Source of the DNA: an uncultured Pelagibacteraceae bacterium
Lineage (GTDB): Bacteria; Pseudomonadota; Alphaproteobacteria; Pelagibacterales; Pelagibacteraceae
Assembly: GCA_902630665.1 (NCBI GenBank)
Contig: CACOVP010000001.1
Coordinates: forward strand, 31,225 to 95,224
DNA length: 64,000 bases
Direction: 5' to 3'
Shown piece after piece: positions 46,677 to 56,660 of the stretch. Every line of letters starts with the position of its first letter. Position 1 is the first letter of the stretch. A model generated the notes under the pieces. That model made no database searches, was not told the origin of the DNA, and worked only from the letters and a program-made list of their open reading frames with translations. A program made the position numbers and the translations under genes.

Positions 46677-47863
46677 GATGAATATCTATTAGACATAGAG
46701 AATTGAATCAAGTTAATGTTTTTAGACTTAAAACCGCCCTCACAATAAGATAAGTAAAACTCCCACATACGCTTAAAATAATCGTCAAAACCAAGAGGGC
46801 TAATTTTTTCCCAAACACCTAAAAAATTTTCTCTCCAAGTTGCTAAAGTTCTGGCATAATCGTCCGAGTAATTATTAATTTGTTCAAGTTTTAGATTATT
46901 TTTTTTAATTATATTTTCCATAAATTTAATTGACGGTAAAAACCCACCTGGAAATATATATTTTTGAATAAAGTCCTCATTTGCTCTGTATCTTTCGAAT
47001 AAATCATCTTTTATCACTATGCCTTGAATTGCAGCTGTACCATTATTATTAAGTACTTTTTTAATTGTACCAAAATATTGATCCATATATTTTTCACCAA
47101 CTGCCTCTATCATTTCTATTGAAGCTACGTGATCGTATTTTTCCTTCAGGTCTCTATAATCTAAAAATTTAACATTAACTTTATTGTTTAACCCTGAGTC
47201 AAATATCTTCTTTTTAGTAAATTCATATTGATTTTTTGAAATCGTGATACAGTCTACGCTCACATCATAATGTTTAGCTAAAAATTCAGCAAAGCCACCC
47301 CAACCACATCCTATCTCTAAAACCTTGTTTCCATCTCTTATATTCATCAAATTTATCAACTCTTGAAATTTATTTTTTTGAGCTATATCTAAATCATCTT
47401 TCTCGTTTTTATAGACCGCACTGGAATATGTAAGAGATTTATCAAGCCATAATGAGAAAAATTCATTTCCTAAATCATAATGTTTTGAAATATATTTTCT
47501 ACTTTTGGATTTTGTATTCGATGCAAATATTTTTTTCAGAAAATTTTTAATTTTTTGTAATTTTAAACTTCCTGAAAAAGAATAGATTGTATTAATATTT
47601 CTAGCTGTAAGTTCAATTAAATTTGTTAAATTTGAGGTGTAAAAATCTTTTTTCATATGAGCTTCTCCTAAAGCTGAGCTTCCACCCATAACAACATTTA
47701 AGTAAAAATTAGGGTTATTAATTTGAATATTTGAGGATAATTTGCTCTCTAAGTCACCAAAGTGAAAAACTTTTCCATCGTAATTAATAAGTTTTAAATT
47801 TCCTTGTGAAATTTTCTTTAATTTATTTAAAACAAATCTTTCTGAAATTTTTATAAAACTCAT
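46673..47863 (-). CDS. cfa: Cyclopropane-fatty-acid synthase / fatty-acid methylase (UfaM-like)
   Basis: HYDLGNEF, TYSSA, VLEIGCGWG, DYRD, SIEMIEAVG, FIQKYIFPGG, WEFYLSYCE. Confidence 0.9.
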   Translation of the reverse strand: MSFIKISERFVLNKLKKISQGNLKLINYDGKVFHFGDLESKLSSNIQINNPNFYLNVVMGGSSALGEAHMKKDFYTSNLTNLIELTARNINTIYSFSGSLKLQKIKNFLKKIFASNTKSKSRKYISKHYDLGNEFFSLWLDKSLTYSSAVYKNEKDDLDIAQKNKFQELINLMNIRDGNKVLEIGCGWGGFAEFLAKHYDVSVDCITISKNQYEFTKKKIFDSGLNNKVNVKFLDYRDLKEKYDHVASIEMIEAVGEKYMDQYFGTIKKVLNNNGTAAIQGIVIKDDLFERYRANEDFIQKYIFPGGFLPSIKFMENIIKKNNLKLEQINNYSDDYARTLATWRENFLGVWEKISPLGFDDYFKRMWEFYLSYCEGGFKSKNINLIQFSMSNRYSS

Positions 47864-48624
47864 TAATATTCTTCGTAACTTAAATTATTTTTTATTTTAG
47901 CATTCCTTTTTCTGTATACTGCCCCTTTTTTCCATAAAAGTAATGCTTCAAAATGTATCGAACTAATAATTTTAATTGTCATTAGAGGATACTTAAAAAA
48001 GTTAACTATAAGTTGTTTTGAACTGAATTCTTTTCTCTCTCCTGTTTGGGTGGCTGTTAAAACTGTTCCTATAGGGTCTGTTTGTTTTATAAAGACTGAA
48101 AGTTTATCGTTAGGATTGAGTAATTTAAAATTATAGTAAGTTTCCATATCCATAAATGGTGATACGTAAAACTTTTTTTTACATTTTTGAACTATTTCCT
48201 CACTCTCTTTAATCTTAAAAATATATGTATGCTGCTCATTAAAAGTATTTTTTACTTCGTAAAAAATCACCTTTAATTTATTATCCTCGTAGCAATAAAA
48301 AATACTTAAAGGATTGAACACATAGCCAAAAATTCTTGGATAACAAAGTATTTTAACTTTATTAATTTTTTCTTTTATATTAAAATTACTAATATTTTTA
48401 AGAACCCACTCTTTTAGATTACTTCCGTCACGTTCTCCATGATCTTTGTCATAAAAGCTAAAAATGTTAAACTTATTATGAGAGAAAATGTTTATTGTTC
48501 TGTCTAATTGATTGATTTCATCTAAATCAACTAATAATGAGAAAGTTTTATATTTTAAGAAATGTCTTACAGGTTTAAATCTTGTATGAGTTACTTCACC
48601 ATTGTAAATGCAAGAGTTCATCAA
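47863..48624 (-). CDS. DUF1365 protein (UfaO-like)
   Basis: H.RF.P..H, PRIFGYVFNPLS, EVKNTF.E.H.Y, K.FYVSPF, IH.EA..LW.KG. Confidence 0.9.
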   Translation of the reverse strand: MMNSCIYNGEVTHTRFKPVRHFLKYKTFSLLVDLDEINQLDRTINIFSHNKFNIFSFYDKDHGERDGSNLKEWVLKNISNFNIKEKINKVKILCYPRIFGYVFNPLSIFYCYEDNKLKVIFYEVKNTFNEQHTYIFKIKESEEIVQKCKKKFYVSPFMDMETYYNFKLLNPNDKLSVFIKQTDPIGTVLTATQTGERKEFSSKQLIVNFFKYPLMTIKIISSIHFEALLLWKKGAVYRKRNAKIKNNLSYEEY

Positions 48625-49847
48625 ATTTTAAAGTTATTTATCAAATCTATAGATGATTTTAATCCATCTTCATGAAAACCGTAACCAAAATAACTCCCAC
48701 AAAACCAAGTCCTTTTTTTTCCCTGTATTAGTCTTAGGTCTTTTTGAAGCGCAGTATTCTTTGAGTTCAAATAAGGATGAGTAAAATTTATTTTTTTTAT
48801 AACAGAATTTTCATTAATTTTATAAATAGGGTTTAAAGTTAAAAAATAATCTTTGGTTGTATCTAAATTTTGTAGTTTATTTAACCAATAGGTAATACAT
48901 GTCTTTTCTCCATCTGAAATAGAGTTCCAACTAGACCATGCCCTTTTTTTAAGAGGCATTAATCTATCATCAGTATGTAAATAAGCCTCATTTTTTACAT
49001 AACTAAATTTTTCCAATATATTTTTTTCTTGTTCGGTTGGATTTTCTAACATTCTTAGACTTTGGTCTGCATGGGAGGCTAGAACTACTTGATCGTAGTC
49101 AATATATTCATTGCCAATAATTACTCTGATATTGTCATCACTTCTAATTAACTTATCCACTTTATAATTTTTAAAAATTTCCCCGCTAATTTTATCTGTT
49201 ACTTTTTTTACATAAGCTCTACTTCTATTTGAAACTGTAAACCATTGTGGTCTATCTTTAAATTTAAATAAGCCATGATTAGTAAAAAAATTTAAAAAAA
49301 ATTTTAATGGCATTTCCTTTGCTTTATTAAATGGCATGGACCAGATAGCTGCAACCATAGGTATTAGGTGATACTCAATAAAATAATTTGATAACTTTCT
49401 TTTATTAAGAAAACTGCCTAGGGTTTCCTCTTTAATTTCATTTTCAAGTAATTTTGGAGCGGCTTTATAAAATGAAATTATTTCTCTAATCATATTTAAA
49501 AATTTTAAATTAAAAAAATTTAATTTATTGGCAAAAATACCTCCTAAACCACTTCCGCTATATTCAACATTACTATTCTTAATTGATACAGAAAATGACA
49601 TGTTACTTTTTTCATAAGGAACTTTTAATTCATTAAAAAAATTTATTAAATTTGGGTACGTGACCTCATTAAAAACAATAAAACCTAAATCTACTGGAAC
49701 AATCTTATCACCCTCTTTAATCTCGTAGGTAAAAGAATGTCCTCCAAAGTGATCGTCTTTTTCGTATAGATCAACTTTATATTTTTTTGAGAGAAAATAT
49801 GCGGAGGATAATCCTGAGATACCTGAGCCGATAACAGCAATTTTCAT
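48621..49847 (-). CDS. FAD-dependent oxidoreductase (UfaD-like)
   Basis: IAVIGSGISGL, GGH, VDLGFIVFN..TYPN, SNMSFS, AAIWS, LHTD..MP....AWSSWN, GYGFHEDG. Confidence 0.9.
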   Translation of the reverse strand: MKIAVIGSGISGLSSAYFLSKKYKVDLYEKDDHFGGHSFTYEIKEGDKIVPVDLGFIVFNEVTYPNLINFFNELKVPYEKSNMSFSVSIKNSNVEYSGSGLGGIFANKLNFFNLKFLNMIREIISFYKAAPKLLENEIKEETLGSFLNKRKLSNYFIEYHLIPMVAAIWSMPFNKAKEMPLKFFLNFFTNHGLFKFKDRPQWFTVSNRSRAYVKKVTDKISGEIFKNYKVDKLIRSDDNIRVIIGNEYIDYDQVVLASHADQSLRMLENPTEQEKNILEKFSYVKNEAYLHTDDRLMPLKKRAWSSWNSISDGEKTCITYWLNKLQNLDTTKDYFLTLNPIYKINENSVIKKINFTHPYLNSKNTALQKDLRLIQGKKRTWFCGSYFGYGFHEDGLKSSIDLINNFKI

Positions 49848-49856
49848 TAAAAAGGA

Positions 49857-52724
49857 TTAAGCGGCTTCATCTTTATATTCGTCCATTGAAGGACATGAAC
49901 ATACTAAATTTCTATCTCCAAAAACATTATCGACTCTAGCAACTGGTGCCCAATATTTATTATTTTTTACATACTCAGTTGGAAAAGCTGCTTCCTCTCT
50001 TGAGTAAGCATGCTTCCACTCGCTAGAAGCTAATTCGACATAAGTATGAGGTGCATTTTTTAGCGGGTTATCTATTTTGTCAAATTTTGATGACTCCACT
50101 AAATTTATCTCTTTTTTAATTTTTATAAGTGCATTACAAAATTTATCGATTTCCTCCAAATTCTCACTCTCAGTTGGCTCAATCATGATTGTACCAGCAA
50201 CAGGCCATGACATTGTTGGAGCATGGTAGCCAAAGTCAATTAGTCTTTTTGCTAAGTCCTCTTCAGAGATACCTGAACTTGCTTTAATTGGTCGGATATC
50301 AATTATACATTCATGTGCAACATTTCCATTTTTACCAGTGTAAAGAACTTTATAATCTTTGGATAATTTTTTTGAAACGTAATTTGCATTTAAAATTGAA
50401 ACTTGTGAGGCTTTTTTCAATCCTTCAGCACCCATCATCTTTATATACATCCAAGATATTGGAAGTATACTTGAACTACCCCAAGGAGCAGCTGATACAG
50501 CTCCCATTCCATTCTTAGGGCCGGCTTCTTTAATAATTTCATGTGTTGGTAAAAATTCAGCTAAGTGTTTAGCACAAGCAATTGGACCCATTCCTGGTCC
50601 GCCTCCACCGTGAGGTATACAAAATGTTTTATGTAAATTAATATGACAAACATCTGGTCCGAATTTCCCTGGTTTTGCGACACCTACAAGTGCGTTTAGA
50701 TTTGCTCCATCCATATAAACTTGTCCGCCGTGCTTATGAATAACTTCACAAATATCCATGATTTTTTCCTCAAACACTCCATGAGTAGAAGGGTAAGTTA
50801 CCATTAAAGCAGCTAAATCTTTTGAGTGTTTTTCAGCTTTATTTTTAAGATCGTCTATATCTACGTTTCCATCATCATCACAATTAACTACAACCACTTT
50901 CATCCCACACATTTGTGCACTTGCTGGATTAGTTCCATGAGCTGAGTCCGGAATTAGACAAACGTTACGATTTTCTTGTTTATTATTTTTGTGGAATTTT
51001 CTTATAGTCATTAGACCTGCATACTCTCCTTGAGCCCCAGAGTTAGGCTGTAAAGAAACTGCATCATATCCAGTAATTTCTTTCAGGTCGTTTATTAGAT
51101 CGTTAAAAAGAATCTTATAACCCTCCATTTGATTTGTAGGAACAAAAGGATGTGGAAGTGAAAACTCTTTCCAGGTAATAGGAATTAATTCTGCTGTTGC
51201 ATTGAGTTTCATTGTGCAAGATCCTAAAGCAATCATTGACCTATTTAGTGCAATATCACAATCTTCTAGTTTCTTTAGATACCTTAGCATCTCAGTTTCA
51301 GAATGATATTTGTTAAAAACTGGATGAGTTAAATATTTTGAAGTTCTTAAAAGATTTTTTGGAAGATTATCTAGTTCAACCTTAACATCTTGTTTAATTA
51401 CATTCGATATTCCAAATATCTTTAATAATAAGTTTACATCATCAAGTTTTTTTGCTTCATCAAAAGCAACTGATAAATGATCTTTATCAACTTTTCTAAG
51501 GTTTATATTCTCTTTTAATGCAGCTTCATAAATAGGATTTGTTTTTTCATTGGTCTTAATTGTAACGGTATCGAAAAAATGATCTGATAAAATCTTGTAA
51601 CCACCTGTTTTAATGTTATCAGCAAAAATTTTAGCTAATTTAGAAGTTCTATTCGCTATTTTAAGTATTCCTTCAGGTCCATGATAAATTGCAAAGGCAG
51701 CAGAAATGATAGCTAATAATGCTTGAGCAGTGCAAATATTACTTGTTGCTTTATCTCTTCTAATGTGTTGCTCCCTAGTTTGTAAAGAGAGCCTGTAAGC
51801 TTTTTTTCCGTGTCTATCTTTTGAAACGCCTATAATTCTTCCCGGCATTGATCTTTTAAATTCCTCTTTAGTTGCAAAAAATGCTGCGTGAGGTCCACCG
51901 TATCCCATTGGAATACCAAATCTTTGAGCGCTTCCGACAGCAATGTCAGCTCCAAGTTCAGCTGGAGTTTTTAATCTAGCTAAAGCCAATAGATCACAAA
52001 TCAAAATAGCTTTACCGTTTTTTTTGTGTATTTGACTAATACTTTCACTAGGATCGTTTATCTCTCCTAAAGTGCCAGGATATGATAAAACTCCACAAAT
52101 AATATCCTCTTTAATTTTAGTAAGTTCTTTTTTTTCATCACCAATGATCAATTCTAAACCAAAAGGATTTGTTCTTGTTTTTATGAGATCAATTGTTTGA
52201 GGGTTACAATTGCTTGAGATAAATATTTTTTTTGAATTAGTCTTATCTAATCTCTGGCTTAAACCTACTGCTTCTGCTGTTGCTGTTGCTTCATCCAATA
52301 AAGAGGCGTTAGCTATATCCATACCCGTCAAGTCTATTATTGATTGTTGAAAATTTAAAAGCATTTCAAGACGACCTTGCGCAACTTCAGGCTGATATGG
52401 TGTATAAGAGGTGTACCATCCTGGATTTTCTAAAATATTTCTAAGAATTACATTAGGTGTAATAGAATTATAGTATCCCATTCCAATAAAATTTTTAAAG
52501 ATTTTATTTTTTTTAGATATAGATTTTAACTTTTTTAAAGCATCGTTTTCTGACATTGGCTGATCAATTTTAAGATCATCTTTTAATAAGATTTTTTCTG
52601 GCACAGTATTGCTCATTAAATCCTCTAGCGACTTATATCCAACGTATTGCAACATTTTAGACTGATCTTCCTCAGAAGGGCCAATGTGTCTTTTAATAAA
52701 TTCTTTTGAATTATCGTCAATCAT
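49857..52724 (-). CDS. gcvP: Glycine dehydrogenase (P protein)
   Basis: RHIGP, YTPYQPEVAQGRLE, TSNICTAQ, HINLHKTFCIPHGGGGPG. Confidence 0.97.
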   Translation of the reverse strand: MIDDNSKEFIKRHIGPSEEDQSKMLQYVGYKSLEDLMSNTVPEKILLKDDLKIDQPMSENDALKKLKSISKKNKIFKNFIGMGYYNSITPNVILRNILENPGWYTSYTPYQPEVAQGRLEMLLNFQQSIIDLTGMDIANASLLDEATATAEAVGLSQRLDKTNSKKIFISSNCNPQTIDLIKTRTNPFGLELIIGDEKKELTKIKEDIICGVLSYPGTLGEINDPSESISQIHKKNGKAILICDLLALARLKTPAELGADIAVGSAQRFGIPMGYGGPHAAFFATKEEFKRSMPGRIIGVSKDRHGKKAYRLSLQTREQHIRRDKATSNICTAQALLAIISAAFAIYHGPEGILKIANRTSKLAKIFADNIKTGGYKILSDHFFDTVTIKTNEKTNPIYEAALKENINLRKVDKDHLSVAFDEAKKLDDVNLLLKIFGISNVIKQDVKVELDNLPKNLLRTSKYLTHPVFNKYHSETEMLRYLKKLEDCDIALNRSMIALGSCTMKLNATAELIPITWKEFSLPHPFVPTNQMEGYKILFNDLINDLKEITGYDAVSLQPNSGAQGEYAGLMTIRKFHKNNKQENRNVCLIPDSAHGTNPASAQMCGMKVVVVNCDDDGNVDIDDLKNKAEKHSKDLAALMVTYPSTHGVFEEKIMDICEVIHKHGGQVYMDGANLNALVGVAKPGKFGPDVCHINLHKTFCIPHGGGGPGMGPIACAKHLAEFLPTHEIIKEAGPKNGMGAVSAAPWGSSSILPISWMYIKMMGAEGLKKASQVSILNANYVSKKLSKDYKVLYTGKNGNVAHECIIDIRPIKASSGISEEDLAKRLIDFGYHAPTMSWPVAGTIMIEPTESENLEEIDKFCNALIKIKKEINLVESSKFDKIDNPLKNAPHTYVELASSEWKHAYSREEAAFPTEYVKNNKYWAPVARVDNVFGDRNLVCSCPSMDEYKDEAA

Positions 52725-53105
52725 TTAACTTGGGTTCTCCTTACAAAATTTATCATATTCGTCTTTTGACATAAGGGAATCATACTCACCTTTATCTTTT
52801 ATCTTTAACTTAAAAAACCAGCTCGCACCTTCAGGGTCAGTATTCACGCTCCCGGGGTCATCAGCAATAGCTTTATTTCCCTCAGTAATTTCTCCAGAAA
52901 TAGGAGAATAAACATCACTCGCAGCTTTGGTAGACTCTACAACGGCTGCTTGACCTTCTTTTTCTACGGCTTTTCCTGCATCAGGAACCTCCACAAAAAC
53001 AATATCACCGAGCATTTCTGTTGCATGCTTAGTTATTCCTACTGTAGCAACGTCTCCGTCCAATGAGACCCATTCGTGTTTTTTAGAAAATTTTTTTTCA
53101 CTCAT
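52725..53105 (-). CDS. gcvH: Glycine cleavage H protein
   Basis: [23 protein letters not shown] (lipoyl Lys). Confidence 0.96.
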   Translation of the reverse strand: MSEKKFSKKHEWVSLDGDVATVGITKHATEMLGDIVFVEVPDAGKAVEKEGQAAVVESTKAASDVYSPISGEITEGNKAIADDPGSVNTDPEGASWFFKLKIKDKGEYDSLMSKDEYDKFCKENPS

Positions 53106-53117
53106 ATTTGTTTACCC

Positions 53118-54212
53118 TTATTTAACATAACTTTTTTTATAAAATGGAAGTTCAGAAATCTTACCCCCATATTTTTTTCCTCTTACTTCAAGCTGAATAG
53201 ATGTACCTATTTTAGAAAATTCTGATTTAACATATCCCATTGCAACTGGAGCGTTCACACTCGGGCCAAAAGTGCCACTTGTAACGAATCCTATTTCATT
53301 ATTATCTGACGAAAAGATTTTAGTATTTTCTCTAGCTATAACTTTTCCATCTGGCTTTATACCAACTCTAATTTTTTCACTTCCGTTTGCTAATAAATTT
53401 TTTATTTTTTCCCATCCATTAAAGCCGCCAACTTCTTTCCTTTTTTTTGCTATAGCCCACTTTAAATTAGCCTCTACAGGGTTTATTTTTTCATTTAAAT
53501 CATGACCATATAAACACAGACCTGCCTCCAATCTTAATGTGTCTCTAGCTCCTAAACCTATCGGTTTAACTTCATTTGAGATTAAGTAATCTATGAGCTT
53601 TTCAACTTTTGTGTTTGAAATTGAGATTTCAAAACCGTCTTCACCTGTATATCCAGATCTTGTTACATAAAGATTTTCACCTTCATATTCAAAATTACTA
53701 CCTGTCATAAATTTTAAATTAGCAACACCCGGAATTAATTTTTCTAAAATCTCTACAGATTTAGGTCCTTGTAATGCTATTAAAGATAAATCGTTGTTTA
53801 AAAGATGTTTATGATTTTTTTTTAAAAATTGTGAAATTTGTTTAATATCGTTTTCCTTACAAGCCGCATTCAAAATTATACAAAAACCTTTTTCAGTTCT
53901 CGTAATGATTAAATCATCAATTATTCCACCTTCATTATTCAGTAAAAAAGAATATTTTGAATGGTTGATTTTTAAATTTTTTAAATCTGCAGGTATAATT
54001 TTTTCTAAGGATTCAATTAATGACTCATCCCCTTCTAAAAAAAATTGTCCCATATGTGATACATCAAAAAAACCAGCGTGTGTTCTTGTAGAAATATGCT
54101 CTTTGACAATACCATCTTTGTATTGGATAGGCATTTCATAGCCAGCAAACGGAACAAATTTTGCTCCTAAGTTTTTGTGGTAATTATATAAAGCTGTTTT
54201 TTGTACTTCCAT
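53118..54212 (-). CDS. gcvT: Aminomethyltransferase (T protein)
   Basis: FAGYEMP, FDVSHMG, RSGYTGEDGFE, GLGARDTLRLEAG. Confidence 0.96.
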   Translation of the reverse strand: MEVQKTALYNYHKNLGAKFVPFAGYEMPIQYKDGIVKEHISTRTHAGFFDVSHMGQFFLEGDESLIESLEKIIPADLKNLKINHSKYSFLLNNEGGIIDDLIITRTEKGFCIILNAACKENDIKQISQFLKKNHKHLLNNDLSLIALQGPKSVEILEKLIPGVANLKFMTGSNFEYEGENLYVTRSGYTGEDGFEISISNTKVEKLIDYLISNEVKPIGLGARDTLRLEAGLCLYGHDLNEKINPVEANLKWAIAKKRKEVGGFNGWEKIKNLLANGSEKIRVGIKPDGKVIARENTKIFSSDNNEIGFVTSGTFGPSVNAPVAMGYVKSEFSKIGTSIQLEVRGKKYGGKISELPFYKKSYVK

Positions 54213-54233
54213 AATAACTCTTTTCTAATCTAA

Positions 54234-54392
54234 CCCCATCTGTCTATGTACCTGAGAGATTTAATCCTTCGGTGAGGCTTTCGCCTGCTTTCCAGAGTTA
54301 TTACGGTAACGGTCCTTTTGCCTGAGAGTTTCCGGGGTGGTTGCTCCTTCGGCGCCTATATGGTCTCTCCCGTTACGAAAAGGACTCTCCTC
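54234..54392 (-). promoter_or_regulatory. Tandem glycine riboswitch
   Basis: Aptamer 1 GTAACGGGAGAG..CGCCGAAGGAGCAA..AACTCTCAGGCAAAAGGACCGTTAC; aptamer 2 CTCTGGAAAG..CACCGAAGG..ATCTCTCAGGT..GACAGA; directly upstream of gcvT. Confidence 0.95.
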
Positions 54393-54423
54393 TAAATACT
54401 GTAAAAAGTCAAATGCAAATTAT

Positions 54424-55287
54424 TCAAGTCTTGCTTTGTTTTTTATCAAAACTCTTCAATATTATTGCAGAAATAATGACTGTACCACCTATGAATACAC
54501 TTATTGGAGGAATTTCATTCAAAAATACCCATACCCAAATAGGCGCACATAAAGTTTCCATCAACATTAAAATTCCAACTGTTGCTGACTCAACTTTTCT
54601 TGATCCAATTGTAATACAAATAAAGCTAACTGCTAATTGCGGAACACCAAGAAGAAAACCCATCCATAGATCATGTTTAGTGAATTCAAAGGACTCTGCT
54701 AAGAAAAAACCGTAAATCAAACTAAATATTCCAGAATAAAAAATTGCCGGAACCATATCAACATTATTGTTTTTTCTAATTATCATTACTAAAATCGCAA
54801 AATTTATTGGGATTGCTAATGCAACCACATTTCCAAATAATGATCCGCCTGAAATAGAGTCTCCAACCATTATAACAATGCCACTCATAGCAAGAAAGAT
54901 TGATATTAAACCGATTAAAGAAACTTTTTCTTTTAGATAAAAGTAGCCAAATATTGCCAGAAACATAGTTTGAGTGCTTATAATAAACACAACATTTGCT
55001 ACTGTTGTGTTGCTCATCGAGACTACAAAGGCAACAAAGCTAAATGATAAAACAAAACCACCTAATAATCCCGGGAGGCCAGACTTCTTTATAATATTAA
55101 AGGTGTTTTTTTTATAAGTTACCAAAAGAAAAGCTGTTAGAGCTAAAACAAAAAAAAATGATCTAAGAAATAATATTTGCCAGATACTTGCTTCTTCAAA
55201 AGATCTAATTATGAACCCTCCCCAGCTTAAACAAAATCCACCAAATAATAGTAAAATATAACCTGGTATTTTATATAAAAATTGCAT
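54424..55287 (-). CDS. DMT/EamA-family transporter
   Basis: About 10 TM; LKEKV, ETLCAPIW....NE.P. Confidence 0.88.
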   Translation of the reverse strand: MQFLYKIPGYILLLFGGFCLSWGGFIIRSFEEASIWQILFLRSFFFVLALTAFLLVTYKKNTFNIIKKSGLPGLLGGFVLSFSFVAFVVSMSNTTVANVVFIISTQTMFLAIFGYFYLKEKVSLIGLISIFLAMSGIVIMVGDSISGGSLFGNVVALAIPINFAILVMIIRKNNNVDMVPAIFYSGIFSLIYGFFLAESFEFTKHDLWMGFLLGVPQLAVSFICITIGSRKVESATVGILMLMETLCAPIWVWVFLNEIPPISVFIGGTVIISAIILKSFDKKQSKT

Positions 55288-56613
55288 CTAAAATCTTTTC
55301 AAAATATTTTTAAAATAATATTGTAAAGTTAGGGACCTAAATATCATGAATAACAAAAGAGATAACCAAATACCATGATTATCTAGATATTTTGTTAAGA
55401 GGATTGATATCCCAATATAACTCAAAACAGATATAATCATTGCATTCCTAATTTCTTTTGTTTGGGACGCTCCAATAAATATTCCATCTAATTGATAACA
55501 AAAACAAGCAATCGGTGGAATTATAATTACCCATAAAATATGTTGGAAAGAAATAAATCTTAAAATCTCAATATCAGTAATGATATAAATTATTTCTTTA
55601 AAAAATATTAAATAGATTATTGAAATAATTATAGCAGTGACAAAACTTACATAAAGAGAATTTTTTACAACCTCTAAAAAAGATTTTCGGTTTCTTCTCC
55701 CTAAAGTAAAACCTACTAGTCCCTCAGTCGAAAATGCATAAGCATCTAAGAAGAATGATGATAAAATTATAAATTGCATTAATATTGTATTGACTGCTAA
55801 ATAGTCTTCTCCAATTTTTGAACCAAGATAAGTTACCCATAGAAAAGCAAATGTTATAAATAAAGTTCTTATAAAAATATCTAAATTTATATTAAAAAGT
55901 TTCAGTAATTTGGACTTTACTACTAAATTTTCAAATTTAGGAATAACTTTAAATTTTTGAATAATATAATTATAGGTAAATAACAGGAAAATAATTAAGG
56001 TTATATAACTTGAAATTAATGTTCCTAGAGCAACACCAAAAACGTCTAAATTATATGTTAGTACCAGCAAAGAACTAAAAATGATATTCAAACTTGATAG
56101 AACAATAATCAAAAAACTTGAAATTTTAGTTTTTTGTATACCTAAATAAAAACCCACTAGAACATAAATAATTAATTCTGCAGGTATTGAAAAAATTCTC
56201 ACATTTAAATAATCTTTTATCAATACCTCTGTTTCATCAGAGGGAGAGAAAAAATAACTAATTGCAATTTTTAAGGCTGGAAAGAAAATAATTATTATAA
56301 ATGCTGCAATTAAAGCAAGGACTAAATTTCTTAAAATCGTTTTTACTATCTCCCTATAATCGCTTCTTCCATAAGCCTGTGCAACTATTCCCACAGTCCC
56401 CATTCTTAAAAAACCAAAACTCCAAACAATCATAGTCATAACTGATGTAGCTATACTGGTTGCTGCCAAATACTTAGATTCGCTTAAATTACCCATCAAG
56501 CCTGTATCAACCATTCCTACAAGTGGGATAGCCATGTTTGAAAAAAAAACCGGTATGGACAACAAAATTATTTGTTTTTTTGAAAATTTTGAAGAGCTTT
56601 TGAACAGTTCCAT
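55288..56613 (-). CDS. MATE efflux transporter (DinF-like)
   Basis: PLVGMVDT..MG, FGFLRMGT.G..AQA.G, DIFIRT, DGIFIGA. Confidence 0.9.
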   Translation of the reverse strand: MELFKSSSKFSKKQIILLSIPVFFSNMAIPLVGMVDTGLMGNLSESKYLAATSIATSVMTMIVWSFGFLRMGTVGIVAQAYGRSDYREIVKTILRNLVLALIAAFIIIIFFPALKIAISYFFSPSDETEVLIKDYLNVRIFSIPAELIIYVLVGFYLGIQKTKISSFLIIVLSSLNIIFSSLLVLTYNLDVFGVALGTLISSYITLIIFLLFTYNYIIQKFKVIPKFENLVVKSKLLKLFNINLDIFIRTLFITFAFLWVTYLGSKIGEDYLAVNTILMQFIILSSFFLDAYAFSTEGLVGFTLGRRNRKSFLEVVKNSLYVSFVTAIIISIIYLIFFKEIIYIITDIEILRFISFQHILWVIIIPPIACFCYQLDGIFIGASQTKEIRNAMIISVLSYIGISILLTKYLDNHGIWLSLLLFMIFRSLTLQYYFKNILKRF

Positions 56614-56660
56614 TTTATTCTTTAATATATCTTAATAACCTTATATACATTGATTCTCGA

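Noticed and set aside
54337-54715. Plus-strand ORFs 54337..54552 and 54341..54715
   Set aside because: Antisense to the riboswitch and the DMT gene, with no recognisable motifs.
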